Positions 16,342-26,947 of a DNA stretch of 64,000 nucleotides are shown piece after piece; positions within the stretch are counted from its first letter, which is position 1; each line of letters opens with the position of its first letter. The notes beneath the pieces were generated by a model. The model ran no database searches. It saw only the letters and a program-made list of their open reading frames with translations, and was not told the origin of the DNA. The stretch comes from Candidatus Levyibacteriota bacterium (GTDB lineage Bacteria > Patescibacteriota > Microgenomatia > Levybacterales > UBA12049): the NCBI GenBank assembly GCA_027459745.1, contig DAIDHL010000002.1:191310-255309 (forward strand). The letters are read 5' to 3'. The position numbers and the translations under genes were made by a program.

Positions 16342-18642
16342 TTAGAGTGTAGTTTCTAACTTGTAAATGCGAGTATTCCCATCTTGATAAACGACCTTTC
16401 CTAATTGTTTGAAGACAGATTCAGTCATAGTAGGATATTTCTGTCTTTCCAGATCTCCGACGAAAACATAGCTAATATTATATTCTTGTAATAACTGTTT
16501 TACCTGACTTACATTAGTCGATTCATACATAGTTTGAACATCAGTGATTCTAGGTGCTGGGATACTATAGCTTCCTCTCCAAAGCCATTCGTGAACAGTC
16601 CATCCAAGTACTGTGGGAAGTCCGGTATTGGCTGATACTCTGGCGTAATCTGTGTAAGAATCCCCTTGTGCTTCTAATATTACGGGCTGACCTTTAATGT
16701 TTTTATTGATCCATTGAATAGCTGCATAATCGGTAGGATACAAGGGTTTTAAATATGCTGTTCCATCTAATCCATGGTATGTTTGCAAATTGTTATAATA
16801 TGAATTAGTTGCTAGATAAGGATAAAGAGACACCACACCTACGAAAAAGAGTGCTATAACCATCCATATTGTTAGAACTAGACTTGATTTAAGTAGATGT
16901 TTTTTGATAACGTAACGGAACCATTGAGAAAAACGGTATAAAATATATCCACTAGAAAGTGAAAGCATAATAAATGCTTGAAAAACTAATTTAAACATAG
17001 TATTGGCCCGATAGTAAGTGGGATAAATATCTTTAAGATACACAAATTCAGGAAGCAGTATTAAGATAATAGAGAGAATAATTACGGAGACAATAAACCA
17101 ATCAGTGCGTGATCTGTCGATTTTTTTTATTAAAAGTATGATGAAAGATAATGCGAAAAATAAAAATAATCCATAAAGTATTAACAATTGCCACCAAGGT
17201 GACCTTTCACAATGATTCGCCTCAAATAAGAATGGCCCTATTTTGCCGATTTTAGTCAAAAAAGTCGGGGCACAAATAATACCGATACCAGAAGCGAAAG
17301 GTTTAAAAAATACAGAATAAGGAATGGTTATGAGGAATGCAAGTATCCCCGTGGCCAGTAAGGGGTTTATTGTGTCTGTAATCAAAGACGACTCTTTAAT
17401 TTTTTCATATAAAGTTAAAAAACTAAAATTAGAGATATTATTTAATAATGAAAGAAGTTGAGTTATTAATATTACTAAACCAGCAAGTAAGAAGTAAATT
17501 AGTCCGTCCCACGCGTTGGTCATATACATGACGGCCAGTAAGAATCCAATAAGTATTAAATCCTGAAAATTTAAAAACTTATTTGTAAAAGTATTAATGA
17601 TAAATACAGGAATCTTTGTCCATAAAGAAGAATCGGAGTTTTTTTTGACTACAGATTTAGTCGGTTTTCCACGATAAAAAATAGTTAAAAGAACAGCTAT
17701 GGTAGTTAAGACAAAAGGTATATCTAGCACATGACCATGTAGATCGGAAACAACCCAAGAGTATATAGGAAACTCATGTATTGTATGATAGATAAAGCGT
17801 GTTGCATTTGGATACCAATAATTGTTGGGGAAAAGTAAAGGTTGGAAAGTTAACTGCCAGGGAGGTACGGGACTATCATTAGGATAAGGACTAAAAAAAG
17901 CATATATTATATGCAGATTACCGCCTAAAGTTACTAAAAATGCACTTAATAAACCGCCTATAATTACCAACTTACTGAAAACTTCTTTACGGCTAAGATA
18001 AATTAAATTCCCCCCAATAGAAAATGCTGCACTAAAACTAACAGCAAAAAGTGTAGCAATCATAAGATTAAATGTAATATTGGAAGGGATAGCAGTTAAC
18101 TTAGTTAATACTGCAGTCACTAAATGGCCAAAATAGTAATAATTTATGGGTAATGGAGTAAACCAAATATCTCGAGGTGGGAAGTAAGATGATCTTAAAA
18201 TGGAATTTACGAAGCCAAAATCCATAAACTTTTCTAAGCCGTGTATGTCTGGATTGGTCGCTCTTATGTATGACCAACTATACAAACCTATAAAGAAAAT
18301 AATTTCTTCGAATAATGCACTCTTCCAACGACCAGCATTGAGGAGAAAAATATTTTTATGTATAACTAATTTAGCCTCTTTTTTTTTCCAACTAATTCTT
18401 AACAATACAAACACTACTACTAAGACTATCCAACTATTAATACCCGAGAATGGCAATAAATGTATAATGCCTAAAACAAAAATTATATAACTAAGAATAG
18501 CAAAACCAAGAATTTTACTAAAAATATAACCCTTATCAAAGAAATTGATAAAAATCCTTTGAGTAATTGGTAAAAATGTGATACCTATCACAAAGATGAT
18601 AAACCACCATGATAAAAAGTTAGTAAAATCAGAAAAAGACAT
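16342..18642 (-). CDS. DUF2298 / YYY-motif large membrane protein (probable GT-C-like)
   Basis: EKFMD, INYYYFG, TIHEFP, DLHGH, TNAWD, RANTMFK, TGLPTVLGW..HE..WRG. Confidence 0.85.
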   Translation of the reverse strand: MSFSDFTNFLSWWFIIFVIGITFLPITQRIFINFFDKGYIFSKILGFAILSYIIFVLGIIHLLPFSGINSWIVLVVVFVLLRISWKKKEAKLVIHKNIFLLNAGRWKSALFEEIIFFIGLYSWSYIRATNPDIHGLEKFMDFGFVNSILRSSYFPPRDIWFTPLPINYYYFGHLVTAVLTKLTAIPSNITFNLMIATLFAVSFSAAFSIGGNLIYLSRKEVFSKLVIIGGLLSAFLVTLGGNLHIIYAFFSPYPNDSPVPPWQLTFQPLLFPNNYWYPNATRFIYHTIHEFPIYSWVVSDLHGHVLDIPFVLTTIAVLLTIFYRGKPTKSVVKKNSDSSLWTKIPVFIINTFTNKFLNFQDLILIGFLLAVMYMTNAWDGLIYFLLAGLVILITQLLSLLNNISNFSFLTLYEKIKESSLITDTINPLLATGILAFLITIPYSVFFKPFASGIGIICAPTFLTKIGKIGPFLFEANHCERSPWWQLLILYGLFLFFALSFIILLIKKIDRSRTDWFIVSVIILSIILILLPEFVYLKDIYPTYYRANTMFKLVFQAFIMLSLSSGYILYRFSQWFRYVIKKHLLKSSLVLTIWMVIALFFVGVVSLYPYLATNSYYNNLQTYHGLDGTAYLKPLYPTDYAAIQWINKNIKGQPVILEAQGDSYTDYARVSANTGLPTVLGWTVHEWLWRGSYSIPAPRITDVQTMYESTNVSQVKQLLQEYNISYVFVGDLERQKYPTMTESVFKQLGKVVYQDGNTRIYKLETTL

Positions 18643-18650
18643 AGTTATTC

Positions 18651-19190
18651 TTACTTAAGCATGTCTGCTAAACTAGATATAGCAGTAATGTTTCGAGTCA
18701 ACATGTGTGTTTTTCTTTGCGGATTCAACCAGAAAAATTTAGTGTTTTTATTTTGTTTGGCAACGTATTTTAATAAATGAAAGTCGTCATCAACATATCG
18801 ATCAATTTTCAGCTTTTTTAAAATATTATCTTTAAACAAGTGTGGTTGTTGGTTAGAAAAATTAAAATACATCTCGTCAAATATCTTATCGAAGCCGTGT
18901 TTTTTTGTTAGTTTGTGGGTGGTTTGTTCCAAAAAACTAAACCTACTAGAGATCAAGTAGAGCTTGTGTTCTTTCTTTGAAATTGATTCAAGAAATTCAA
19001 TATTTTTTTTGATTTTTGGTCTGAGAAATGGGAGATGAATAAGGCTACGCAGGATTTGTTCAGGTCTTGAAGGAATTCTATAGATTAGCACACCGTTGGC
19101 TTTTTTCTTATATAGATGATTGAGCACACTGTCTGGTATGAGTGGTGGATAGTCCACAAATACTTTGTCTAGATCGAAGCCTAAGTTCAT
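18651..19190 (-). CDS. HAD-superfamily hydrolase (5'-nucleotidase-like)
   Basis: Motif I FDLDKV, motif II ISSR, Lys, motif IV YVDD. Confidence 0.75.
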   Translation of the reverse strand: MNLGFDLDKVFVDYPPLIPDSVLNHLYKKKANGVLIYRIPSRPEQILRSLIHLPFLRPKIKKNIEFLESISKKEHKLYLISSRFSFLEQTTHKLTKKHGFDKIFDEMYFNFSNQQPHLFKDNILKKLKIDRYVDDDFHLLKYVAKQNKNTKFFWLNPQRKTHMLTRNITAISSLADMLK

Positions 19191-19249
19191 AATTTAATAT
19201 TAAGTATAAAGTATTCGACGTTATACAAACAAGCGATAAATGGCAGTTT

Positions 19250-20290
19250 TTATAATTTAGAAATCAGATCAAGAATCTTAAAGTTCCAGTTAACACGATG
19301 AGTATTGCCTTTACGATTTACTATTTCGTTTCTATGTTCTTTATACCAATTATAACTTTCTAAAAATAACTCTTTGTTGGACTTCTTGGGATGCCAATTA
19401 AGTAATTTTTCAGCTTTGGCTATAGAGACATAAGAATTTACGGGCATGGTTTTATAATGCCAGGCTGCAATTGGAGAAAGGTTTAAAATTTCTAAAATGC
19501 CAAGTATAAATTGGGATAGTAACACAGGAAGACCGGTAATTTTAGCTTTAGACCTACTTTGTTTGATAACATAACCTAGATCACTTTTCCATGATCCATA
19601 TTGTTTTGCACCAATATTAAATATCTGATTGTGTGTTTTGCTTATAAGAGCCTTATAAATCGCCTCTACCACATCTGTCACGGCTAATAATTGATATTTG
19701 TTGTCGCCATTACCAAGAATATATAATCGTCTATTATTATAAATTGCTTCAAACCAAAGAGCAAAAACTCCCAATCTTTCAATACCCAAGAAGGTTTTTG
19801 GTCGAATAATGTTTATCTCCAACCCTTTTTTCATATAATCTTTGCATAATCTTTCCCCTTCAATCTTAGAAATTCCATACCATCCGATAGGATCTAAAGG
19901 GCTTTCTTCTGTTTCTGGTAAATGCTTTGGTACCCCATAAACAGCTGTAGAAGAAATGAAGACAAGTCTTTTTATTTTGTTTTTCAATGCAGATTCAAGT
20001 GTGTTTTGTGTGCCGTCGATATTAACATGAAAAATTACATCTTTCTTGACTTGGATAGGAAGTGCAGCAGCTGTGTGAACTACATAACTATGATTTCTGA
20101 GGGATTTTAACAGTAGTTTCTTATTGCTGACGTCACCTTTAATAAATTTGACTTTTCCAACTAAATCTTTTGCATCAAGATCTGCGATGTCATATAAAGT
20201 AACATCCCAATGAGCTTTTAAAAATCTTCTAGCCAGATGTACTCCTAGAAAACCTGTACCACCTGTAATAAAAACTCTCTTTTTTTGCAT
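19250..20290 (-). CDS. NAD-dependent epimerase/dehydratase (extended SDR)
   Basis: TGGTGFLG, HTAA, SSTAVYG, YGISK. Confidence 0.92.
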   Translation of the reverse strand: MQKKRVFITGGTGFLGVHLARRFLKAHWDVTLYDIADLDAKDLVGKVKFIKGDVSNKKLLLKSLRNHSYVVHTAAALPIQVKKDVIFHVNIDGTQNTLESALKNKIKRLVFISSTAVYGVPKHLPETEESPLDPIGWYGISKIEGERLCKDYMKKGLEINIIRPKTFLGIERLGVFALWFEAIYNNRRLYILGNGDNKYQLLAVTDVVEAIYKALISKTHNQIFNIGAKQYGSWKSDLGYVIKQSRSKAKITGLPVLLSQFILGILEILNLSPIAAWHYKTMPVNSYVSIAKAEKLLNWHPKKSNKELFLESYNWYKEHRNEIVNRKGNTHRVNWNFKILDLISKL

Positions 20291-20431
20291 AACTTTTGAA
20301 TTAAGACTTATAAAGAAGATATTGGGCAGAAAATATTTTCTATTTATTAATTATTCTATTGTACAATTTTACCTATTTCAAAAGCAAGAGTAATTGTATA
20401 AATAGATGCATTGAAGGTATAATAAATTTAA

Positions 20432-22030
20432 ATGATGAGTTTAGATTATAAAAAATATTACTTAAGAATAATTGAATTAATGCTGTTATTTACAATATTG
20501 ATTTTGGGTTTAGTAATTAGATGGCAAGGTATAGACACGGTTCCTTACTCCATTGAACAGGATGAATATCAGTGGTCTATAACAGCTTTTCTAAACTCCT
20601 ATAACATAAACTCAAGTGACAAAGGGGCATGGACAGTTAACTATGAGCTTTCTCAGTACTATCCTGTTACTTTTGTGTTTGATAGAATTTCTTTTTATAT
20701 CTTTGGACCAGATTTAGTCTCCCCTAGGAAGATGTTAATAGTTATTAGCACATTATCACTATTAGCATTCTACTTATTTATACGTAGACTATTTCCTGCA
20801 TGGACATCCTTAATAACTTTAACCTTATATAGTTTTTCTACCTACAAACTAATTACCAGTCGTATTGTGGAAGCATCCGCCTATATAGATCTTTTTACTT
20901 TTGTTGCAGCTTATATATTAATAGCAGTGCCGTTCGTTGAAGGATATGAGGGTTTTTCTTTGATGTTTCTAGGAGGCTTATCAGTAGTTTTGGCAATGCT
21001 TACTTATAATCAAGGATTTTTATTACCTTTGGTTTTCTTTATGATATTTGTATTTAAAGTATTTATTAATAGATGCTCAATAAAAGTAGTTAGATTCTAT
21101 TTTATTGCTTTCTTCTTGCCGATTATAGTAGCTCTTCCAAGATTGATATATATTGCCCATCAAGAAGCACTGTCACAAAACTATGCATTAACTTCTCTAG
21201 CGGTTTCATTAAATGGAATAGATCTGCATAAGTTATATGGAAATTTACAGACTGTATTTATAATACTATTCCTACATTCAAGTTATGACATGATAGTAAA
21301 TTATTCTGGGCCAATAGTAAATACTTTAGTTGTTGTTTTAGCATTGATCGGTATTGTGATAGGGTTATTACAGATTAAAAGATATTATCCAATACTATGT
21401 TTCTTCATTTTTATGTCCGTACCGTATCAGTTATTTTTTGGAATTAATGCTCCAAGGTGGTGGTATTTAAGCATAAGTGTAATTTACATCTTAGCAGGAG
21501 TAGTACTATTTAATCTCGAGAGAATATTAAAATGGTTATACATACGCAAAAAAAGAGGATTTCTATACGTATTAATAATTTTATTATTTATTACTATTAG
21601 TTATATTATTCAAGGAGAGGTTTGTAGATACTATTATCAAGCTTTATACAATCCATCCTTTAGGTCTACTGCGGATAGAGAAATGTTTGAAATAACTTAT
21701 AAATATAGAAGTGATTTAGGTAAAAATATTGCGTTCATTTTTTACAATGACGATTGGTATGAGCGAGATTTAATTACGAACCTAGCAGCATCATCATATA
21801 ATTATGTCTTAGCAAATTCAAATAACGCAAATAACATAAGAAATCAATCTAGATTAGCGTTAAACATAATGAATTTAGAAGAGTTTTATGACTATAAACA
21901 AATCTCAAAAATTAACAAGGTAGTAGTACCATATGTTTTATACCCTAAAATAAGAACTTACTTGCTAAGCAAAAAATATAAAATTAAAACTACGTATTTT
22001 GGGAAAAACTTTGACATAATTTTTGATTAA
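20432..22030 (+). CDS. ArnT/PMT-like GT-C membrane glycosyltransferase
   Basis: TM1 followed by a DE motif (EQDE); many TM helices; very AT-rich; opposite strand to its neighbours. Confidence 0.7.
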   Translation: MMSLDYKKYYLRIIELMLLFTILILGLVIRWQGIDTVPYSIEQDEYQWSITAFLNSYNINSSDKGAWTVNYELSQYYPVTFVFDRISFYIFGPDLVSPRKMLIVISTLSLLAFYLFIRRLFPAWTSLITLTLYSFSTYKLITSRIVEASAYIDLFTFVAAYILIAVPFVEGYEGFSLMFLGGLSVVLAMLTYNQGFLLPLVFFMIFVFKVFINRCSIKVVRFYFIAFFLPIIVALPRLIYIAHQEALSQNYALTSLAVSLNGIDLHKLYGNLQTVFIILFLHSSYDMIVNYSGPIVNTLVVVLALIGIVIGLLQIKRYYPILCFFIFMSVPYQLFFGINAPRWWYLSISVIYILAGVVLFNLERILKWLYIRKKRGFLYVLIILLFITISYIIQGEVCRYYYQALYNPSFRSTADREMFEITYKYRSDLGKNIAFIFYNDDWYERDLITNLAASSYNYVLANSNNANNIRNQSRLALNIMNLEEFYDYKQISKINKVVVPYVLYPKIRTYLLSKKYKIKTTYFGKNFDIIFD

Positions 22031-22038
22031 AGACTGTA

Positions 22039-23862
22039 TTAAATTTTTTTAAAGATCATGATTTTGGGATGGTCATATACAGTAAATGATTCGTCTGCTG
22101 ATTGGTCATTAATTGGTATATTCATAAGAGGAATTTGCGGACTAATAGAAAACTGTTTAATTTTTTTAAAAATTAAATGTCTTGCACCGGGCAAATTGGC
22201 GAAAGAGGTACCTTGCAATATTGGTCTACCCGCGAACAAATTTTTGTAATACATACTTGCTATGGGATAGCAGCGTGGAAAAGGATATTTTTGGCAGTTT
22301 GCTAATTTTTGTATAGGTACATACAGACGATTTGAGGCAATGATTATATATTGAACTTGTTCTAGTTGATTTACTATTCCCTCCCATTTTTGTTGTGTAT
22401 CCGGATCATATAAAGGTAAAGTTTGCATTTCATAATTTGGAGCTGTACCTAAAGGTAATTCATCATCCCAATGCTCAACGGCAATACCCGTTCCTGAAGG
22501 TAGATTTTGATTAATATATTCTGTCGCCTGAACTCTAGTATTCGGTTGAGAATAAATATGTATGAAACTGAGTGGCCATATAAGAAGTAGAATGACAAAT
22601 GACGGATAGATCGCATATTTTAATAAGTTTTGGGATTTTGACTTATGGATTTGGAATATCGTTAGTGAATTAAGATAAATTATAAATTTATAAATCAGTA
22701 ATGCACCAAAAAGACAGAGTAAAGGATATAGAGGTAACATATAACGCATAAAGCCAATTGCAAACTTACCAACAATAAAAAAATATATCCAAAAGAAAAC
22801 GACTAATATAAATTCGTCTGCCCAAAGTGTTCTCTTATAAATATCCTTATCGGGTTTGTCTTTTAAAGTAGTAGTGCCAGAAAATATTTTACGAATTGAA
22901 TTTAGAGTGATATAAATCGATCCGCTGAACGTAATAATTGCAAGCAATGGCCCTAGTCCCCATAAGAATATATTTTCTATCTCATACCAGTATGGTATTA
23001 TTCCTACATATTGAAGGGTATAAGGAAACGTGAAAGCATTTGTGGTCATAGCGTCTTGTTGTAATGTCTGAGTCATAAATTCATTAAAATCAATAAATGC
23101 ATAAGGTTCTAAAACAAAATACGCTGCAGTCAGGGTAATTAAGATGAATAAACTATTACGTAATAATCCTACAATAAATCGTGGCAAATGATTTAACCAT
23201 TTCTTTGGATGAATGGAATGACTTAATAGCAATAATAAAAAATCTGCAGTTAATGCAATTACTACAGAAATACCTATAACTGTTGCACTAATTTTGGTCG
23301 CTAAGGCAAAAGCAATAGTTAAACCAATCAGAATAGCCTTACCAATGGAAGGTTTGTTATAAAACTTTATTAAAAGATAGAGAGTTATAGTCATAAAGCA
23401 AGTAAGTAGAGTATCTACGGCGTAAAAATGAGAAGTTTGAATAGCAAAAACGCTTATTGAATAGAAAAAAGCGGCAATTAGACCTGCCTTTTTATCTTTT
23501 AAATTCTTCCCCAATAAATAGACAAAAATAATAGTGCCTAAATCAAATGTGGCAGAGATTATTCTCCCCAATAAATTAATTCCATCATAAGTTGATAACG
23601 TGGGTTCTATATGAATAAACAACATACTCATTAACTTAAGTAAATATAAGGGAAAAGAACCGTAAGCAAAGAAATGAGGATTCCAAGGACTTTGTATTGA
23701 AAGGAATTGATTAAGATTACTGGGTAACTGGAGTTGTAAAGTATACAATACGATTGCTCTCTCATCAGGGTGTAAGTGATTGCCTTGATCCCAATCAATA
23801 TCATGCAAGCGAAAAATTGCTGCTAATATAATAATTAAAAATAGAATGATTTTAGATCTCAT
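22039..23862 (-). CDS. ArnT/GT39-like GT-C membrane glycosyltransferase
   Basis: HPDER, NPHFFAYGSFP, GR..SA, HFYAVD, RYMLP. Confidence 0.85.
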   Translation of the reverse strand: MRSKIILFLIIILAAIFRLHDIDWDQGNHLHPDERAIVLYTLQLQLPSNLNQFLSIQSPWNPHFFAYGSFPLYLLKLMSMLFIHIEPTLSTYDGINLLGRIISATFDLGTIIFVYLLGKNLKDKKAGLIAAFFYSISVFAIQTSHFYAVDTLLTCFMTITLYLLIKFYNKPSIGKAILIGLTIAFALATKISATVIGISVVIALTADFLLLLLSHSIHPKKWLNHLPRFIVGLLRNSLFILITLTAAYFVLEPYAFIDFNEFMTQTLQQDAMTTNAFTFPYTLQYVGIIPYWYEIENIFLWGLGPLLAIITFSGSIYITLNSIRKIFSGTTTLKDKPDKDIYKRTLWADEFILVVFFWIYFFIVGKFAIGFMRYMLPLYPLLCLFGALLIYKFIIYLNSLTIFQIHKSKSQNLLKYAIYPSFVILLLIWPLSFIHIYSQPNTRVQATEYINQNLPSGTGIAVEHWDDELPLGTAPNYEMQTLPLYDPDTQQKWEGIVNQLEQVQYIIIASNRLYVPIQKLANCQKYPFPRCYPIASMYYKNLFAGRPILQGTSFANLPGARHLIFKKIKQFSISPQIPLMNIPINDQSADESFTVYDHPKIMIFKKI

Positions 23863-23864
23863 AA

Positions 23865-25598
23865 TTATTTAGTTCGTCTAAAAATAAATATCGTAGGTCG
23901 ATCAAATACACTTGCTGTCTCTTCATAAGAGAAGACAGGATTTCCTAAATATGTAATTTGACAAAAAATATCACAAGGAGTCTCATAAACAACTTTAAAG
24001 TTTAGTTTATCAGACAATAACTGCGTATAGAAATTATGTCCTTGTGGAAATTGTTTTTCATTATCTAACCGTACTTTCATGATTCGTTGGCTTGGTAAAA
24101 TTATCGCCTGTGACTGACTTAATGCTGAATGTAAGGTGTTAGGGTTAGTCTGGTCAGAAGGATTATCTAAATCATAAAAATTGTATAATCTTATATTAGA
24201 AAAATAAGAATTAAAGGGCACAATACCTAAGTCATATACCTCACTGAGAATCTTAGTATTAGAAGATAAAACATTCCTAGCTGCTTGTAGTGCTTGCAAG
24301 CGAGTATCGGTTTCTATATAAGCACTAATTAAAAAACTTAAGGCAAAAATAATTGTGTAAAGTATTGCTAAAATATAAGATGAATTTACCAATTTTATTG
24401 TCAGCTTTTTTTTGGCATTTTCATAAAGTTTAATTAAAGTAAATGAAATCATTAAATAAATAAACGGCAAAGTTGGTACCATATATCTAGTCCATTTAAC
24501 AAAGAAAAAAGCTTGTGACAAAAATATTAATAAGAAAAAAAACACAAGTAGAAAAAGATCAAACGTCACTTGTTTATTTTTTTCAGAAGTGGATTTTAAA
24601 CGCGGAAAAGAATTGCTCAGATAAAACTTAAAGATGACAAAACAAGTATAAAAAAAGGAAAAAACAAAGAATATAGTCAGAAGGGGATTGATTAAAAAGG
24701 GAAAAACATGTAAAAGTTGGAAAATAATGGGAGCAGTATTGTAAAACTCTCCAGTGTAGAAAACGGGTTGTGTACCGAGTGCTACACCAGACTCATAATG
24801 CATGCTATTTAAAAATGAAACTTTATCTAAAAAGGTATAAGGATTAGTTAAAATATAAATATCGGCTACAATAAATAAAAAAATAAATACTTTTAACAAC
24901 ACAAACAAAACATGAAAAAGTCTACTGAAGTTAGTCTTATGTTGTGCGAAATCTTGTATGGAAGACTTAATAATAAGTAAAATTGGTATCGGTAATAGTA
25001 CGAAGGAAGTAACTTTACTTGCACAGAGTATAGCAGTTGTCAGAATCATTAAAACAAAAGGAAGAAATTTATTAGTTCTGTAATACCATAGGGCTGAGCC
25101 AAACATTAAAGTAGAAAAGAGGGTGAGCCACATTTCATATGTACCAAAATGGGCGAATTGTATAAACCCTACACTAAAAGTAGTCAAAATAGCCGAAAGA
25201 ACTCCAGTCCAGGCGTTTTTTATATATTTACCAAGTAAAAATGACAATGGAATTAATATTAAACTACTAATTGCAGCTATTATTCTCAAACCAAGGATTG
25301 CCTGTGTGAAGTTTACTTGAGTACAGTTAGTCCACGATAAATGACAACTAGTAAAAAAGTTTAATACAAGGCTACTAAAGTAAACTAGATAAATAGGTAA
25401 GGAGCCATAGGCAAAAAAATGTGGATCCATTTGGCTGGCAAATTGTAGCCCTACGATAGATGAAGCAATGTTTCTTTCATCGGGATGAAAATAAAAAGGT
25501 GCCCCCCAATTAAGATTATAAAACCTTAGAACAATACCTAAGGCCATCAAAATAATAATAATTGAAGAGGTGCTACTTTTATTTAACAATTTATGCAT
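23865..25598 (-). CDS. ArnT/GT39-like GT-C membrane glycosyltransferase (paralog of the neighbour)
   Basis: HPDER, DPHFFAYGSLP, AHF, RYMVP, EETASVFDRP. Confidence 0.85.
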   Translation of the reverse strand: MHKLLNKSSTSSIIIILMALGIVLRFYNLNWGAPFYFHPDERNIASSIVGLQFASQMDPHFFAYGSLPIYLVYFSSLVLNFFTSCHLSWTNCTQVNFTQAILGLRIIAAISSLILIPLSFLLGKYIKNAWTGVLSAILTTFSVGFIQFAHFGTYEMWLTLFSTLMFGSALWYYRTNKFLPFVLMILTTAILCASKVTSFVLLPIPILLIIKSSIQDFAQHKTNFSRLFHVLFVLLKVFIFLFIVADIYILTNPYTFLDKVSFLNSMHYESGVALGTQPVFYTGEFYNTAPIIFQLLHVFPFLINPLLTIFFVFSFFYTCFVIFKFYLSNSFPRLKSTSEKNKQVTFDLFLLVFFFLLIFLSQAFFFVKWTRYMVPTLPFIYLMISFTLIKLYENAKKKLTIKLVNSSYILAILYTIIFALSFLISAYIETDTRLQALQAARNVLSSNTKILSEVYDLGIVPFNSYFSNIRLYNFYDLDNPSDQTNPNTLHSALSQSQAIILPSQRIMKVRLDNEKQFPQGHNFYTQLLSDKLNFKVVYETPCDIFCQITYLGNPVFSYEETASVFDRPTIFIFRRTK

Positions 25599-25635
25599 GA
25601 TTCAATTGTACTTAAAAAAATATATGAATGTAAAA

Positions 25636-26919
25636 CTATTGGTGATTAGTAACAAATTGAGCTATTCTCTCTCCCAGCTCAACTGCATAGTTGGTTCCTC
25701 TATCCCATGGGTAAACTTGTTGCATATTAGCTAAATAAACGTTCTCTAGTGGTGTGGTGAAAGGAGGTATCATTTTACCGTAGTTTTTAAAGAAAATAGG
25801 CTGAGCAAAGGGTGTAGAGAATTTTCTGACGGCAATAAGATCTTTTTTATAATCTGGGTTAATTGTTTTTAAAAAACTATCAAACTCTGACAGAATTTGT
25901 TTTTCATTCATAGAGAAATACCGGTGATTATTAGGTAAGTAGTTACCCAAATAAATAATGTGTTCATTGTTATAATGTTTTTTATCCATAAAATTAGTAT
26001 GCTCAACTACAGCTAATACAGGTGCTTTGGTGTCACAAACATTTAACCAGTATGTATCATCAACAAAGAATTTTTTCTTTAAACGCATTACTAGTACAAC
26101 TGCTCCGATACCTTTTAAATTGATTAACGACTGTTGATAATCTTCAGGTAGTTGGGGAGCAACTTTAATAAAAGCGAAAGACGGTAAAGTTACAATGACT
26201 TTGTCAAAACTCTCGGCCCTAGATTCGGAATGGAGGGTATAAGTTATTAATGGTTTGCCTTCAGTTTTAATTTCATTTAATTCGGTTTGGAAATATATTT
26301 TTCCGCCTTTACTTAATATAGCTTTTGCAAGGAATTCTGCGAAGTGCAGGAATCCTCCCTGAGGATAGGCTAGATATGTAGTACGTTTTTTTATACGAGA
26401 CCAGAACCATGTCAATGCAATTTTATCAGCATATTTGCCGAACTTACTTACTAATAATGGCTGCCAAAGAATCTGATAGGCTTTTTTGCCGATTGTTTTG
26501 CTCAAAAATGCTGATGCTGTTATATTTTCAAACATCTTCCAATAGGGATTGTAACGCAGAAATGCTAGCACCAATCCCATTTGAAATCTCTCAAACATCG
26601 AAAGTTTGGGGAAAGTAAGTAGTGTTAGTGGTGAATCAAGTTGATAAATTCGGTTATTTATCAAAGAAGATGTTTTTGGCCTTTTAATTAAGACAGGATA
26701 TTTCAACTCTTTAGCTAAGTTAAGTATTGAGTCATCATTTGTGAACCAATGATGATAAAAATATTCCAGACTCCAATCCCAGTCTTTTTCTTGATAGCCG
26801 AGTGCTAAGCCACCAGGTTTATGATCTTTTTCAAAGACTGTAACAGTATGGCCGGCGCATGTCAGACGGTAAGCAGCAGCCAATCCAGTGAAACCTGCTC
26901 CAATAATAGCTATTTTCAT
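25636..26919 (-). CDS. FAD-dependent oxidoreductase (amine oxidase/HemY-like family)
   Basis: IIGAGFTGLAAA..L, FE....GG, FYHHWF, YPWDRGTNYAV..G. Confidence 0.88.
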   Translation of the reverse strand: MKIAIIGAGFTGLAAAYRLTCAGHTVTVFEKDHKPGGLALGYQEKDWDWSLEYFYHHWFTNDDSILNLAKELKYPVLIKRPKTSSLINNRIYQLDSPLTLLTFPKLSMFERFQMGLVLAFLRYNPYWKMFENITASAFLSKTIGKKAYQILWQPLLVSKFGKYADKIALTWFWSRIKKRTTYLAYPQGGFLHFAEFLAKAILSKGGKIYFQTELNEIKTEGKPLITYTLHSESRAESFDKVIVTLPSFAFIKVAPQLPEDYQQSLINLKGIGAVVLVMRLKKKFFVDDTYWLNVCDTKAPVLAVVEHTNFMDKKHYNNEHIIYLGNYLPNNHRYFSMNEKQILSEFDSFLKTINPDYKKDLIAVRKFSTPFAQPIFFKNYGKMIPPFTTPLENVYLANMQQVYPWDRGTNYAVELGERIAQFVTNHQ

Positions 26920-26947
26920 AATTTATTTATATTATATGGAATTTGAA

